A stretch of 64,000 nt of DNA from Schmidtea polychroa. Lineage: Eukaryota. Below, one piece after another: positions 41,350 through 55,115 of the stretch; within the stretch, counting starts at the first letter, position 1, and each line of letters begins with the position of its first letter. The translations under genes and the position numbers were made by a program. The notes below the pieces were generated by a model that was not told where the DNA came from, made no database searches, and saw nothing but the letters and a program-made list of their open reading frames with translations. The stretch lies in the NCBI GenBank assembly GCA_044892525.1, contig CM097888.1, forward strand, positions 44,516,001 to 44,580,000, written 5' to 3'.

Positions 41350-41572
41350 CAGCGCCGTCTCTTCCATAGTGCTAACTGTACTAAGCACAGGGGGCGCCGT
41401 AAATTTTATAAAATTTGCACTTTCAAATATAATTTATGATATTACAAAAAAAATTATGAATAATTTAAAAAATTTCCCAAGAGAGGCCACTGGTTGAAAA
41501 TAAAAAATTGTTTTTTTAGGGGCGCATTATAGTTTATAGCACAGGGGCGATAAATTTCTAAAGACGCCTTTG
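41350..41572. mobile_element. hAT-type MITE, 223 bp
   Basis: Perfect 8-bp TSD ACTGTAGG (41342-49 and 41573-80); imperfect TIR CAGCGCCGTCT ... AGACGCCTTTG; internal repeated AGCACAGGGG. Confidence 0.85.
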
Positions 41573-42617
41573 ACTGTAGGTCAGTATACTGCAGTCTAAA
41601 TTCGAAAGTTTCCACCAAAATAGTCAATTATTTATTATTTGGTTCTCATAGTTCTCCGATTTTCTCGAAAATTTGTTGAGGGGATTAAAAAGATTTGACC
41701 TAAATCTCCTCCCATAGACCTTATTTTATTCTGCACCACTTTTCAAAAAATTCTGCCGGCGCCCTTGGGTGGAAATAAAACTTTACAATATTTTGGCTGC
41801 TGTTTTTTAAATAAGGACATGAGGGGTCAAAAGTTCTAGTTACTTTCTCGAATTTAATTAAAATCCCAACAAATATATATTAATAAATATATTTTCGAGA
41901 CTCTAAGTATTGAATTATAATGGAAAGAACTCAGTCAACAGCAAAGTTTAGGTAGTCAGTACCTTATTTTCTGTGTAGAGTTCTAGATTCTTAAATGTCA
42001 AAATGATTGATTTGAATAAAATATTTTCTGGGTGGTATCAAAACAGAATTACCAGCTGCTCAACAGGTGTCAAGTCACGCCAAAAGCCACAAAAATAGAA
42101 ATATGTTTGGTTTTTAGATTGTTGATTAGATTCACAATGTTGCAAATATCTTCTCACATATGTTTTTGGATAGGTTTTCCCAACACCGCTTTTCAGTTTC
42201 TATCTATATGCACTGGGCATCGAGGGTTGATAAGTTTTGTTAAAACCAAGATTGCTGATCTACTAATTTAAACATATCATTCCAGTCAAAACTCGATCTG
42301 TCCATTCGAGATATTGAAATATTATTACAAATAATTTGCACTTTACACTGACTTCACTAAACTTTCCCATATCTATTCTCCCATTGGAGGTTTGGAATTG
42401 AAGGGTGTCACACGAAGTGTGGATAAATAACCTTTAACAACGTTATCATTACCTACTGATACTAAAGAAATGATTTACGATCTGAAAAAATTGTAATTAT
42501 TTTTCCTTATAGAAATTTTTAGTAGATAATTTTTATGGAAAATTTTATTGATATAAAATATAAAGGAGTAAGTGTATAAAATTTTAATTTTTAAAAATAC
42601 GATTTCCATAACTATTA

Positions 42618-44299
42618 CAGGTAACCCTCGATTAACACGGTACTTGAATAACACGATTTCGCTTTAACACGGTTAAAATATTGCGGCACACCCTTGTCTA
42701 ACACGATATTTTTTAGCACGGTTTTGATTTTACACGGCTTCAAAATTGATGAAAACCCTTAATTAACACGGTTTCAAAATTCAAATTTGTAAAATCTTAG
42801 TTGACTTTTTTATGTACATATACGTATATAAATAAATATATGTAATGTAATGTACATTTTCAAATTTGTACAATCTTAGTTGGCTTGTTTTTTTTTAAAT
42901 ATGTTAACATATGTAATGTACGTTTTCAAATTTTCGCAGTAACTGTTTCTTATGTTTTTATATTTTATGTCCAAGCCAGTCAAGTCATACATTACTGATT
43001 TCTTGTAGTGAAAAGAAGTAATTTTTAAAAAATAAAAATTGATTTTTAATCAATAAAAGTGATTAATTTTATTTAAAAGTTTAATTTTGTTTAATTCTTT
43101 ATAATTCCCATTTCAAATTTTATTCAAGCAAGATTTTTTAGTGGTCGTGGACTATACATATTAAGTTGAACAACAGCGAATTTGTAAGATTTTTTCTTAA
43201 TTAATATTCTATTGTAAAATTCATAAATTTCTAGAAAACTAACCCGTCATGCCGAAAGCAACCAAAACAAAATTAAAAAGAAATGCAATATCTCTTGGTC
43301 AAAAAGTTGAAATTTTAGATCGTTTAAGAAAAGGTGAAGGATCAACTTTAGTTGCCAAAGCTTTTGGATTCAATGAAGCAACTATATGAACTATAAAAAA
43401 AAATGAAGAAAAAATAAGGAAAAGCGTTGCAGCTGCATCTTCCATAAGTGCAAAGAAAACATCTCATGCTCGAGACGTTATTATGGAAATGATGGAAAAA
43501 GCTTTAATGATTTGGATAGAGGACAATACGCAAAAGCGAATGCCGTTAGATGGAAATGTTATCAGGTATAAGGCTGTTAAAATTTTCAAGTTCAGACACT
43601 GATACTGAGACTGATGCCGCAGAGCAAAACTTCACACTCAAATCATTAAGAGAAGGATTTGAGATGGCTAAAAAATTAGAAAACCATTTCCTTGCCAATG
43701 ATCCGTCAATGGACCGTAGTCTGAAAATTCAACGCGAGATAGAAAAATGCTTAGCTCCTTACCGAGAAGTCGAGAAAGAACTTAAAAAAAATCAAAAACA
43801 GGCTCTTCTCACTGATTTTATAACCATAATCCAGAAACCACAAGCGACTAATGAAGTGTCAGAAAATTATTCAAGTGATGAAGAAGCACCAGTAAAAATG
43901 AATCAGCCACACATTACACATTTTTTCAGAGATTTTGAGAGTGATGATGAAGTTGAAAGTGATTATGATGGAATTTGTTAACCTTATCTATGGTCAATTT
44001 AAATTATGCCATATTTTTATTTTGATATTTATGCAAAATGAATTAATTTATGCAAAATGAATGAATTTATTTTACTATTTTTTGTTATTTTTTGATTTCA
44101 AGTCTATTTGTATTTCAATCTTCTTTTTTTGTACTGGATGCATGAAAATAATAAAAACTATCAAAAACATAAATAATTTTTTAAATTTTTTGGAACCAAA
44201 CCCCATGAATTGTATTAATTGTTAGTCTCGATTAACACGATTTTAATTAGCACGGAGAATTCTTGGAACCAAACTACCGTGTTAATCTAGCGTTACCTG
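42618..44299 (+). mobile_element. Tigger/pogo DNA transposon with internal deletion, 1682 bp
   Basis: TIR CAGGTAACCCTCGATTAACACGG ... CCGTGTTAATCTAGCGTTACCTG, TA TSD on both sides, subterminal TAACACG repeats. Confidence 0.93.
43249..43981 (+). pseudogene. Tigger transposase remnant: psq/CENP-B HTH joined out of frame to the acidic C-terminus; DDE domain deleted
   Basis: MPKATKTKLKRNAISLGQKVEILDRLRKGE...EATI*TIKKNEEKI...MEKALMIWIED (stop at 43387); frame change near 43590; C-terminal FTLKSLREGF...DPSMDRSLKIQREIE...PYRE. Confidence 0.85.
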
Positions 44300-45091
44300 T
44301 ATTTGAATAATTAAACTTAATGTGCAATAAAATTAAATTCCTATNNNNNNNNNNNNNNNNNNNNNNNNNNNNNNNNNNNNNNNNNNNNNNNNNNNNNNNN
44401 NNNNNNNNNNNNNNNNNNNNNNNNNNNNNNNNNNNNNNNNNNNNNNNNNNNNNNNNNNNNNNNNNNNNNNNNNNNNNNNNNNNNNNNNNNNNNNNNNNAT
44501 GTGACCAACAAATATGGTAAAATTCCGAAATTTATCTCGCGGAAAATTTCATAATAAATATTAATATTTTCTCGAACGATATCAGATCAGAAATTTAGAT
44601 TGCCGAGGTATTTCTCATAAATCCTCCTCATGGCAAATCATAGTTTTCATTGTTCATTCAGGCGTCGATTTCTAGTACGAATTATGTTTTACCTTTAATT
44701 ATTATGTCGTCGTTTCTATTTTACAACTTGCTAAACCTCGTGAGACAGTCAAAGAAAATTTCATCAATTTTCTCAGGGTGCAAATTTTAATTTTACCTTG
44801 CGATAGCGTCAGAAATTTTTCAGTTTCATTCTTCATAATAATTAAAACAAATTCTGTTTGATGAATTTTTCTGATTGGTGAAAATTGTCAATATTTTTAT
44901 CAAAATTTTTGGCAACGTAGATTAATCGTTTGAAAAAGATTATTGGATAATCGGTTAATTAATAATTAATTATGTAATTAATATAAAGTATTCAATAAAT
45001 TTAATTATATATTATCTATGATAATGGTATTAAACACATTTATTATGTAACTCTAGAAGTTTTTAGAATTGTCTATATTAAGATGTGTCAT

Positions 45092-45705
45092 TGGACTACC
45101 ATTCTTGAATTATGTTCATTTTGTCACCCTTTACTTAGTAAAGGCCTCCCTATGGTAACATAATACTGGGAAAAGCTTCTACGAGAACAGGAATACAGAT
45201 ATATTGTATATTTTCATTCATAACAAGTGCGACATCAAAATCCGGACAAATTAATAAACATATTAACGAATCCACTAGAAAAGGTGAGTAAGACATTCAT
45301 CCATGAAATAACATGTTAACATGTGTAACAAAGTATATGCAACAATTTGAAATGTCAAACAACTGATAGAGGGGTCACTTGTGTAGATTTCCCGTAGGTT
45401 TTTCGTTCAGATAACAATATCAAATTCAATTGGAATAACATTTCATAAACATAATGATATTTATTTTCGTTCAAGCTTAATAACATTTTCAAAAGATTTT
45501 ATCGTCTTCAGGAGATGTTAAACAGAACCGAATAGCGGTAAGCCTAATTCTAGGAAAGATTTCTGAAGATCCTCATTCAGCCAGTTGTCCAAGAATATCC
45601 TATATGGATTTTGTTGGACCTGTAGCTAGTGCTTAACCAACAGGATCTCCATATGCAATGATCAGCAACAAATTTAACTCAATATCACCTTTACTATAAT
45701 TAATA
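45092..45705 (+). pseudogene. Non-processed partial duplicate of NOVA (end of intron 4 plus first ~190 nt of exon 5; source ~28170-28805)
   Basis: Near-identical sequence in the same orientation. Acceptor TCTTCAG retained at 45511. Reads (G)DVKQNRIAVSLILGKISEDPHSASCPRISYMDFVGPVASA* with TAT to TAA at 45634-36. Confidence 0.93.
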
Positions 45706-45739
45706 TTAGTTTATAAGTAATATAGAGTATTTAATATAT

Positions 45740-46171
45740 CAGGGGTCTCAAACACGCGGCCCGCTGCGTTACATTTGGCGGCCCGCAACGAAAAAACATA
45801 GATTTGTAATTTAACCAAACTTATTTAACAATTAAAATCATAATTGGCTGTATAAATTAAAAATTATCTTTTTAATTATTTTTATTTANNNNNNNNNNNN
45901 NNNNNNNNNNNNNNNNNNNNNNNNNNNNNNNNNNNNNNNNNNNNNNNNNNNNNNNNNNNNNNNNNNNNNNNNNNNNNNNNNNNNNNNNNNNNNNNNNNNN
46001 NNNNNNNNNNNNNNNNNNNNTTTAGTTTTGTTGAGTTTTTAATAAAATAAATATTAAAGTCGGAGTTTCAGACTCCACATGTTCTGAAAAACAATTATTT
46101 ATGTTGCGGCCCGCCGGCTCATAATACTAGTCTAATGCGGCCCGCAGGCCAGTTTGAGTTTGAAACCCCTG
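45740..46171. mobile_element. hAT-Charlie MITE (~430 bp, contains an N gap)
   Basis: TIR CAGGGGTCTCAAAC ... GTTTGAAACCCCTG; perfect 8-bp TSD TAATATAT; subterminal GCGGCCCGC motifs. Confidence 0.93.
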
Positions 46172-49006
46172 TAATATATTAATATAATAAATAATTATAT
46201 ATACATTTATATTAAACAATTAAATGNNNNNNNNNNNNNNNNNNNNNNNNNNNNNNNNNNNNNNNNNNNNNNNNNNNNNNNNNNNNNNNNNNNNNNNNNN
46301 NNNNNNNNNNNNNNNNNNNNNNNNNNNNNNNNNNNNNNNNNNNNNNNNNNNNNNNNNNNNNNNNNNNNNNNNNNNNNNNNNNNNNNNNNNNNNNNNNNNN
46401 NNNNNNNNNNNNNNNNNNNNNNNNNNNNNNNNNNNNNNNNAGAAAATATACATACTTGAAACATTGACACAAATTAAAGGCATTTACTATAGAAAACCAG
46501 AAAAAAGATTTTTGTGAGAAAATAAACAAATACGCATACACTATACACGTAGACAAATATTATGAGCAGCAATCATTTACTACGGGATATTTTAATGATA
46601 AAATATACAATTTGAGGATTTATCTAGAGCTTTATCCCATTCCACCTTTTCGCTAGTAATAAGAAAGCAAAGGGCAACAATGTAAATCATAATTTATTTT
46701 TAAAAATTTCAATTGAAAACTCTTTTTAGAAATTTGGAAAATGCTGATAGATTACCGGAAATTATGGAAAATATACGAGAACAGCATCAAAAAATGTTAT
46801 TTATAATTGAAATATTAAATTTAAAGTTAATTATATTTAAATACTCAGAAATTGATTAAAAAATGCTTGATCGAAGTCATTAAACACGGAAAAATACTTA
46901 AATCATTTTAAAAAACTTTCCCGAATTTATTTGTAGTTGAAAACATTTTAGAACAGCTCCAAAAATGCATTTAAACAACAATTTAATAAATCTTACCGTT
47001 TTCAAAAATTCATCATATGTGACCTGAAATTCATCAATACAAAATTTTAATTTTTATAAAAATATTATTAACAATAAAAGATTGAAAGTCTTATAACTTA
47101 CCATTGCTTATAATATTTGTGTGCATTGTGTGCATCCAATCAGGCTGGTGTTTATTTGTGCCTTGATCTGTGTTTTTGTTAGAAATTTTTTAATCATTAA
47201 AAAATAAAGTTTGTGTTTATATCATATAAACATATTGACATTTTGTACATTATAGATGCGTTTATTCATTGCAAACGGGTGTACCAAGCACTGGATTTAA
47301 AAGCAGATGGTATTGAACACATTTATAATGTATGTAATGAGGAATATAATTCGAAGTTTGCACCCAAAGCTTAGGAAGAAGTCCTTTGTAAAATTTAAAC
47401 TGGTATTAATGCTTTGAATTTAAATCAAAACGAAGAAAATTGAATAAATAAAAATTATGCCTCCAGAAATATTGTTGATGAAGTGGCTGAAGCTCAAATC
47501 TGTTGATATTTTAAATGTTACTGAAAATGTTCCATGGGCCAGACCCATTCCAGATTTACCTATATATAATCAATTTAATTAAACAAAAAATACAGTAATG
47601 TTTAATATGTTAATATGCAGACTAATACATTTATATTTAAACATTTAAAATCAAATGAAAAATTTCCCAAAGGTTTTTTTATTTTGTATTTTAAATTTGG
47701 AAGGCAGTAAAAATGAAATCAAATACAATATTTTTTAAATAAAAAAAATTTGGAAAAAAATTCTCCCATAACATCTGTTTTTTGTTTACATTTTGTTGAC
47801 AATTCTGCAAGAAAAATTGTTGTCGTAATAGCTGAGGATCCGGAAGTTTAAACGCCTATTTGATATTTGAGTTGAACATTTTATATTTGATAAGAGTTAT
47901 TAAAATCAAAATATATACCTATGAAATATGTGGGGACTATAGCCCAATGAACTGTCGGCCAGCTAATAACGAAAAAAAATTTTAGATTGATGGCTGTGAG
48001 TTAAACTTGTCATTAAATTTACTATCCAAATATTGTGTTGAGGTAGCATTTCCTCCCGCAGGGACTCTTTAGAGTCTTTAAAACCAACCGACAAAGAATA
48101 ATTTTGGGATTTATTTTTAACTTCTGTCAATCATCGTTATTCGTTGTAATTAATTGACATAAATAAAAATTGTTCAGAAACATTCCTTTGGTATTTTTAA
48201 AAATTATTGTCTAAATTTTTACCGCAATTTTTAAATTAATAAAATCTTTTTTAAACTAAAATCAAATTTAATTTAAGTGAAAATTGATTATTTCATCAAT
48301 CATTTCTAATTTAAATATTGATTAAAAATGTCGACCATAAATATTTGTTATAAATTAATTAGTTTTAAATTTCATTAAACAATGCTTAAAATATTTTAAA
48401 ATGTATTTTTAAAAATTAATATTTATTTTTATTAAATTTTTCTTTATTATAAGTTTTTTTTAAATATATTTTGAAATTTGTATCACTGATGAATGTTAAA
48501 AATTTTCTCTGTTCAGTAAAACAAAATATTATTTGAATTTAGAAAATGATAAATTAAGATAAATTATACTAGCTTAAAAGGCGAATAAGTAAAAATGACA
48601 ACAAATTTAAAAGTTACATTAAGACCCTTATAAGTTCATTAAATACATTATTTTCAGTTGTAAAATTATAAAAGATCTTTTAAAAATTTTTATTATTCGA
48701 CTGCCTTGTTATATATTTGTTATAAATGCTTTTTACGGTTAAACTTTGAAAATTTTTTTAAATTTCTAACGTTTATTAAGTTTTCAATTTTTAACATTAA
48801 TACCATAAAAATAACATGATCAGAATGTTGTCCATGATGCAAAACCTTAATTGTCCACAAGAATAAATGATTCAATTACAAAAAGAATGAAATCTGTCAT
48901 TTGCAATACAGGGTTTCCATAAAAAGAGTAATATGTATGGTGATATGGTCAATTTATTGTTCCAGTTTCTGTAGTGAAGTTTTAAAAAATTATTACATAT
49001 AAATAT

Positions 49007-49924
49007 TGTGAATAAATACGGTTGTAATTTGATGTAATAATAATATAATAAAAATTTATAATGAATCAATCATATAACCAGATTATTATGATATCAATGT
49101 TTGATGACTGATGCGGGAGTATTTGTGTGCGTGCAATGAAATGAAGTGTGTATGCATGTGTTCGGTATCAATAATTTTACTTAAACAAATAATACTACAT
49201 TTTGTAGATTATGAAATTGTAAGTATTATAAATAGTGTTACAATTACAAGTTTCGATTTAGATTATCTTATAATATAATGCTGTCTTTTAGTAAAGGTAA
49301 TTTTTAATTTAATACTTTTATTTTATATTTTATATTATAAAGGAGTGTTCAGAAGATTTACCATCTACAATATTGCTTCATGAGTTCTATTAGTTCGTAT
49401 AGCTACAATATTGAAACATTTATTATTGTATTATAAATTCAGACAAATTTGGGAGAGGATATAGAAACAAAAATTTAGACGATAAGTTAGACAGAGTCAG
49501 ACGAAACGTTATTGGATAAAAGATTTGTGAAGAATAATTGTAAAGAAAGTAATTGTGAAGAAAAATTGTTAGAGAAAAGAATTAGTTGAAAAATTAAACG
49601 AAAAGAAGTTACTTGAGTATTTGAATAAAGTTGTGAAGAAGGTCAAAGAAAATAACCAGCTCAAACTCCCAGTTGATAAACCAATCAGTAATTAGTGATC
49701 TTTTAATCAGGTGTTATACACAAGTTTTATATCTCACCGAGTGTTGTAATAAGCATTGTATAGTCACCAAGCAGAGTGTTGAATTGATTGTCAGTGTAAA
49801 GTGAAAATTATTTGTGATTACCAATAAAGATTTCTGTTGTTAAGTGTTATTTGTGGATCAGTCAAAGACACGCTTAGAGTCAGAGTAAGAATTTTAATTT
49901 TATCACCAACCCAATACCCCAACA
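49007..49924 (+). mobile_element. Possible solo LTR (left boundary uncertain)
   Basis: Purine-rich U3-like segment, AATAAA at 49823, end ...CCCAACA. One candidate TG start at 49007 gives an ATAT 4-bp direct repeat. No second LTR or internal domain. Confidence 0.3.
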
Positions 49925-51295
49925 ATATTCATTATAAAAACAACTGTAAATTGAACACATTCGAAGTAGACTAATTAGAATTATCATAAACTGATTTTGA
50001 TGCGTCGTAAAGTAATAAAAATAAACATTAAAAAAATTGTTTAATAAGATAGTAAAAAGAACTTGATTTAAAAACTGACAAATTTAAAAAGATATTCCAT
50101 TTTAATTATTGTTTTAATTGACGTGAAAATTGATATTTGTCTTCCTCTGTGATGATTGAAAGAAAACAAATAAAACTATTCTCAATTAAGAAGTCACAAA
50201 GAAAACGCTTTAATTTTAAAAGCAAAATATTCAAACGAATAAACAAGTGAAAATTAAAACAAATTAATAAATCTAATTACCACCAATTGATGAAAACCAA
50301 CAAATCAACGAAAACAAATTAATGATAAAATTTCATTTTATTTTTAATATCAAAAACCTTTCTTATCAGTTTTCAATTGAAAAACAACATTTTTCTCTTC
50401 AACATTTTTTTTATTTTTGAAAAATAAATTTCAAAGCAATTAACATTTTGATTATTAAAACAAAGAATAAATTATTATATGAAGAGCAAATCTGTCAATA
50501 AAAAAAAATTAAAAACAAACATTGATATGTCTTTAATGAGCTCAACATTATTCTGCCTGATCACCCCCAATTCTAACAGAATTCCTCACCCTAGCACCGT
50601 GAGATCCTAACAGGCTAATTAAGTGTAGCTCCACAGAGCCCGAGAATATTTCTTGCTTCGCTGCATAGCAATTAGTATAGCCAATTAGTAATATACTGTG
50701 CTTGTGTATTTGTTAATTAGACCTCTCGCTCTATAGCAGTCTCATCTATAGAGCTTCTTGGTGTTTCAATTGACGAACGACCTGAGTAGAGACAGAACCC
50801 GCGAATTTATTTTAATAAAAATAAAAACGAGAAATTTATTCTACAACATTTCCTAATCTTGCTAATGATAATGATAAAAAAAGAATATAAAATGTTGAAA
50901 GCATTCAAAATAATGAAACTATTGAAGAAAATCTAAAACAAATAATTATGCGATCTAGCAAAAATATTTTTAATAAATCAATTAAAATGAATAAAAAATT
51001 TATTATTGTAAAATATTTATAAATCATTTATAGAATAGCATAAATTATTTTTCATTTATACGATATTTACTATGAATTATTATTAATTAATATAAATATT
51101 ATTATTAAATAATATTTTATTATAAATTTTAATATATTTAAACAAAATTTGATTTTAAAAGAAAACAGAAACAAAACAATTCAGAAGATCAAATTTATAT
51201 ATTTTCAAAGATTATTGTATACATTGAGAAAATGTTTCACTATAAAGTCGTGTTTTTTTATTACGACTTCGATATGACTTCAAGAGTGGTTAAGT

Positions 51296-51789
51296 CAGGG
51301 GTGGCCAACCTTTTTGGTAAAAGGGCCATTACAATATTTTTGAATAATGCGGCGGGCCGCAGGTTTGAAAGGCGTAAATTTTTAACTAATGCTTCTGTGC
51401 TAATTCCAACTAAGGAACAGGAGAAGCGCAGTAATAGCCCGTAGTGGGGTCTGAGACAACCGCTAAAAAAACAATAAAGCATTTGCGTGCATGTTAAATA
51501 AATTATGCTTCTTAGGTACAGGATAAACTGTCACTATTTATACTTGATAGCCCTGATTATAAAGCATAATGAATCGGGCAAATTTTCAAAATGTAGCATA
51601 CAAAACTAATTGGTTAAAATAGATAAAAATATGAAATAAACAATAAATTTTGTTCAATATTTACCGGCGGCCCATTATTACATTTTTTGTATTATATCGT
51701 ATTTTAAAAAGTTTTTATTATATTTTCAAAATATTAAAGCATGCGGGCCGCCAATTGATGACCCGCGGACCGCCGGTTGGCCACTCCTG
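51296..51789. mobile_element. hAT-Charlie MITE, 494 bp
   Basis: TIR CAGGGGTGGCCAACC ... GGTTGGCCACTCCTG; perfect 8-bp TSD GGTTAAGT; GCGGGCCGC subterminal motifs. Confidence 0.95.
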
Positions 51790-52215
51790 GGTTAAGTGAT
51801 TCTAGTGTCAGGACCGGCCTAAGTTATTTGGTGCCCCAAAGAAAAACTAAATCTTCAATAACTCTGCTCGGGTCTTTCAATGACTTGGTGGTATTAATTT
51901 TAATTATAACAACGGAATTCTCATCAAATAGAAATAATATATGCATGTTTCATTGCTTTATAGCGTATCAGCCCGCAAATAATATCAGATTGTATCCTTT
52001 AACAATATTGTTTAATAATTTTAAGTGAGTATTGCGCCTTTATTTGATATCACGACGCCCCACAAAATCCAGCGCTCCAAGCGATCACCTGTACTACCTG
52101 CCCTATGGATGTTGGTTACATTTTCCAACCTTCAACAATTTTTTTGTATTCTAAATTCTATAAAAATCTCCAAAATCTCTAATTTCAAAGTACTGTAGTC
52201 TACAACACCTGGATA

Positions 52216-53247
52216 CAGTGGAACTCCAATATTCGTCCCAACCAGTATTCGTCGTTTTCAATATTCGCCTTGTTTTTTCGTCAAATTTTTTTTTCGATAT
52301 TCGTTGAAAAGTCAATATTCGTCAATATTTAATATTTTGCAGTTTTTGCAGTTTATTATTAAAGAAATATAGTGACCATGGGTCGTAAGAAGGGCAGTGA
52401 CGATAATGGTGGTAAAAAAAAGAAAAGCAGTAAGAAATACTATTAAAGAAAAAAATTATAGGAAAGTTTGAAGCTGGAACATGTGTCGGCGATTTAGTAA
52501 AGGAATTTGATTTGCTGAGAACTACCATTTCTAGCATAATAAAAATAAAGGTGTAACAAATCTTGCTTCTAAAAGAACAGCACTGATTGAGAACATGGAA
52601 AAGTTGTTATTAGTTTGGATAAGTGAAAAACAAATGGCTGGTGATGGAGTTTCAGAAGCTATAATTTGCGAGAAAGCAAAGTCACTCTATCAAGATTTAC
52701 AAAAAGATGGGCCTAGGCCATCAACTAGCTCTGATAATGCTGATTTCAAGGCAATTAGTAGCAGGTTCACAATTTTTAATCTTGTAAATGCATTCATAGT
52801 GTAGTTAGACATGGTGAGACTGCAAGTTTGAATGCAGAAGGAGCTAAACAGTTTGTGATAGATATTAAAAACTTGGTAGATAACGAGGAATATTTCCCTC
52901 AGCAAGTGTTCAACTGTGAAGAAACAGGGTTATTTTGGAAGAAGATGCCAAGACGCACCTACATTACAAAAGAGGAAAGTTAACTGCCGGCCCATAAGCC
53001 TATGAAAGACAGGTTGACCCTGGTTAATATGTACTGTAGTTAAATTGTAATGTTTAAAAGGATTTCGAAGAACGATTTTAGAGGAAATAATTTTTTGATA
53101 AAGAATAGATAGGTAAAATTCGCGGCTGAGAAGGGATTAATCCATTATTAGTTAATTCTTATGGGAAAAAATTGTTTGATATTCGTCTTTTTCTATATTC
53201 ATCATCGCCACGGGAACGAATTAATGACGAATATTGGAGTTCCACTG
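52216..53247 (+). mobile_element. Tigger/pogo element, 1032 bp, with frameshifted and 3'-truncated transposase
   Basis: TIR CAGTGGAACTCCAATATTCGTC ... GACGAATATTGGAGTTCCACTG. HTH fragments (MEKLLLVWISEKQMAGDGVSEAIICEKAKSLY) and DDE_1 start (PQQVFNCEETGLFWKKMPRRTYI...KPMKDRLTL). Confidence 0.9.
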
Positions 53248-55115
53248 AATTTAGTTAATTTAATTGTCAGTTTTGGCTTCTAAATTGATAAAATCTTTCA
53301 TCGAATTGATCAAGGTATGAGTTTACAATGTCCTCTTACTTTATATTCATAGGTTCCATTTCATTTTTTAGTATTTCGCTGGCCTCCTCGAAATGCTTCT
53401 TTAATCGAGGGAAACACTTAAAAGTTTTGTCTTCACATCTCGCTTAGTTATTAACTCAATAACTACTCTTTCATTTTGGTTTATAGTATTCGATCTTTCT
53501 TCATGGCTTGATATTTAGTTTGGTCGCATACTCTATTAGTGTTGATTCCATAAAATTACCAGGAGAACTAAATTCATTATCTTCTCGTATGATTTCAATT
53601 TCAAGATCTTCACAACTCTGCTAATTTGATGACGAATTATCTTTTGGCGATAAAAATTGATTATCTGATTTTTGAAAAAGAAATTTGAATAAACACAAAT
53701 AGGGTTAAAATTTTATTCATTCAAAAATTCAAATATAATTTCTAATTTAAACAAGGTTGGTTTATTTGCACTGTTATCTGCATATAGATCTAATTTAATA
53801 AATTTAATTTCTTTTTAATTTTAATTTAAATAATTTTGAAAATAGTCGATTACTATATTTTTCTTTTATACTATTTGCTTGAAAATGTTTTCCACAATTG
53901 GCATTTAGTTATTTGAGTTTTCCGTATTTTAGTATCAAATTATTTAGCAAAACTTTTTTTATTGTTTTTTTTTATCCTTTTTGTTAGTTTTTATAATGTT
54001 TTATAATGTTTTTATACACTCCATGTTTCTTTTAATAATTTCTTATTATGTTAAAAACTTTACTTTTCTAACATGCTTGAGAGAATCGTGTTAATTTCAT
54101 CTACCAAATCTTTCATATCAAAGTTGTCCTGCTGTACTTCAGTATATTTTTTACTCCTGATTTCTTGATTATTTTTGTAATTATATTTTACCTTTAAACT
54201 TTAGGCTATTTTAATTTTCGATTAAAATGCATTGCTACAGCCTCTGGTCGGTTCTGTTGCACCTGCTCAAATATTTTCCTTCATATATGACATCTGATTT
54301 CAATAAAATTATAAAAATAGGTTTAAAAACGACTGCCAAAATTTTAACAATGGAGTGAAATGGATGAATTATTACATCCTTTTTACTGTACAGATATATT
54401 CCTCTTGGCATATAGAAAATACATGAATACGTTATTAACTCGAATTTGTGTACTTATTTTTCATCATGTTTGGGGATTGAACTGGTTTTCGCTTTTTGTC
54501 GCGTGATTTTGAATGTATGCCCCTAGTAAGTGTTTGTGTATTCATCAGGTAGTGTATAGATTTTACTGCTTATAGCATATTGAATTTGGAAATTGTGTAA
54601 TTGTGCCATACATATTGTTAGTAAACCAATGGCAGCTCAAATTTACCTGTTAACTTTGAGGTATTTCAATTCTGAGAATTCTGTAACATTATTATCAGTA
54701 AAAATATTAAAAAAATTTGCAATTTTTCTGCTGTAATTTTGTTTGAATAAATAATATTTAAAATAACAAACAAATAAATCTGACAATAAATTCATTTTTT
54801 TAAAATTTGCATATAATTATTAAATATTATTTATTAAAATAAATTTTTACCTCTCAATTTTCAGCCAAGGAATGAAAAAACGAAGTGGAGCTGGAGGTCA
54901 CAATATTAAAAGAAAATGAAAAGGTTTACAAAAATGCGTAGAATATTAATAGAACGTCTTTTAAAAAGTCACTACTTGTTCAAACTTTTTTGAGACTATG
55001 TAAAAGATGTTTTGAGGATATCAGCAAAGCTGGAATCTGAAATAGGCAGAAGTACTTCATTAGTAGCCAATAAACATATTGATAATGGACTGAACATGTT
55101 TTATAAGCTTTAGAC

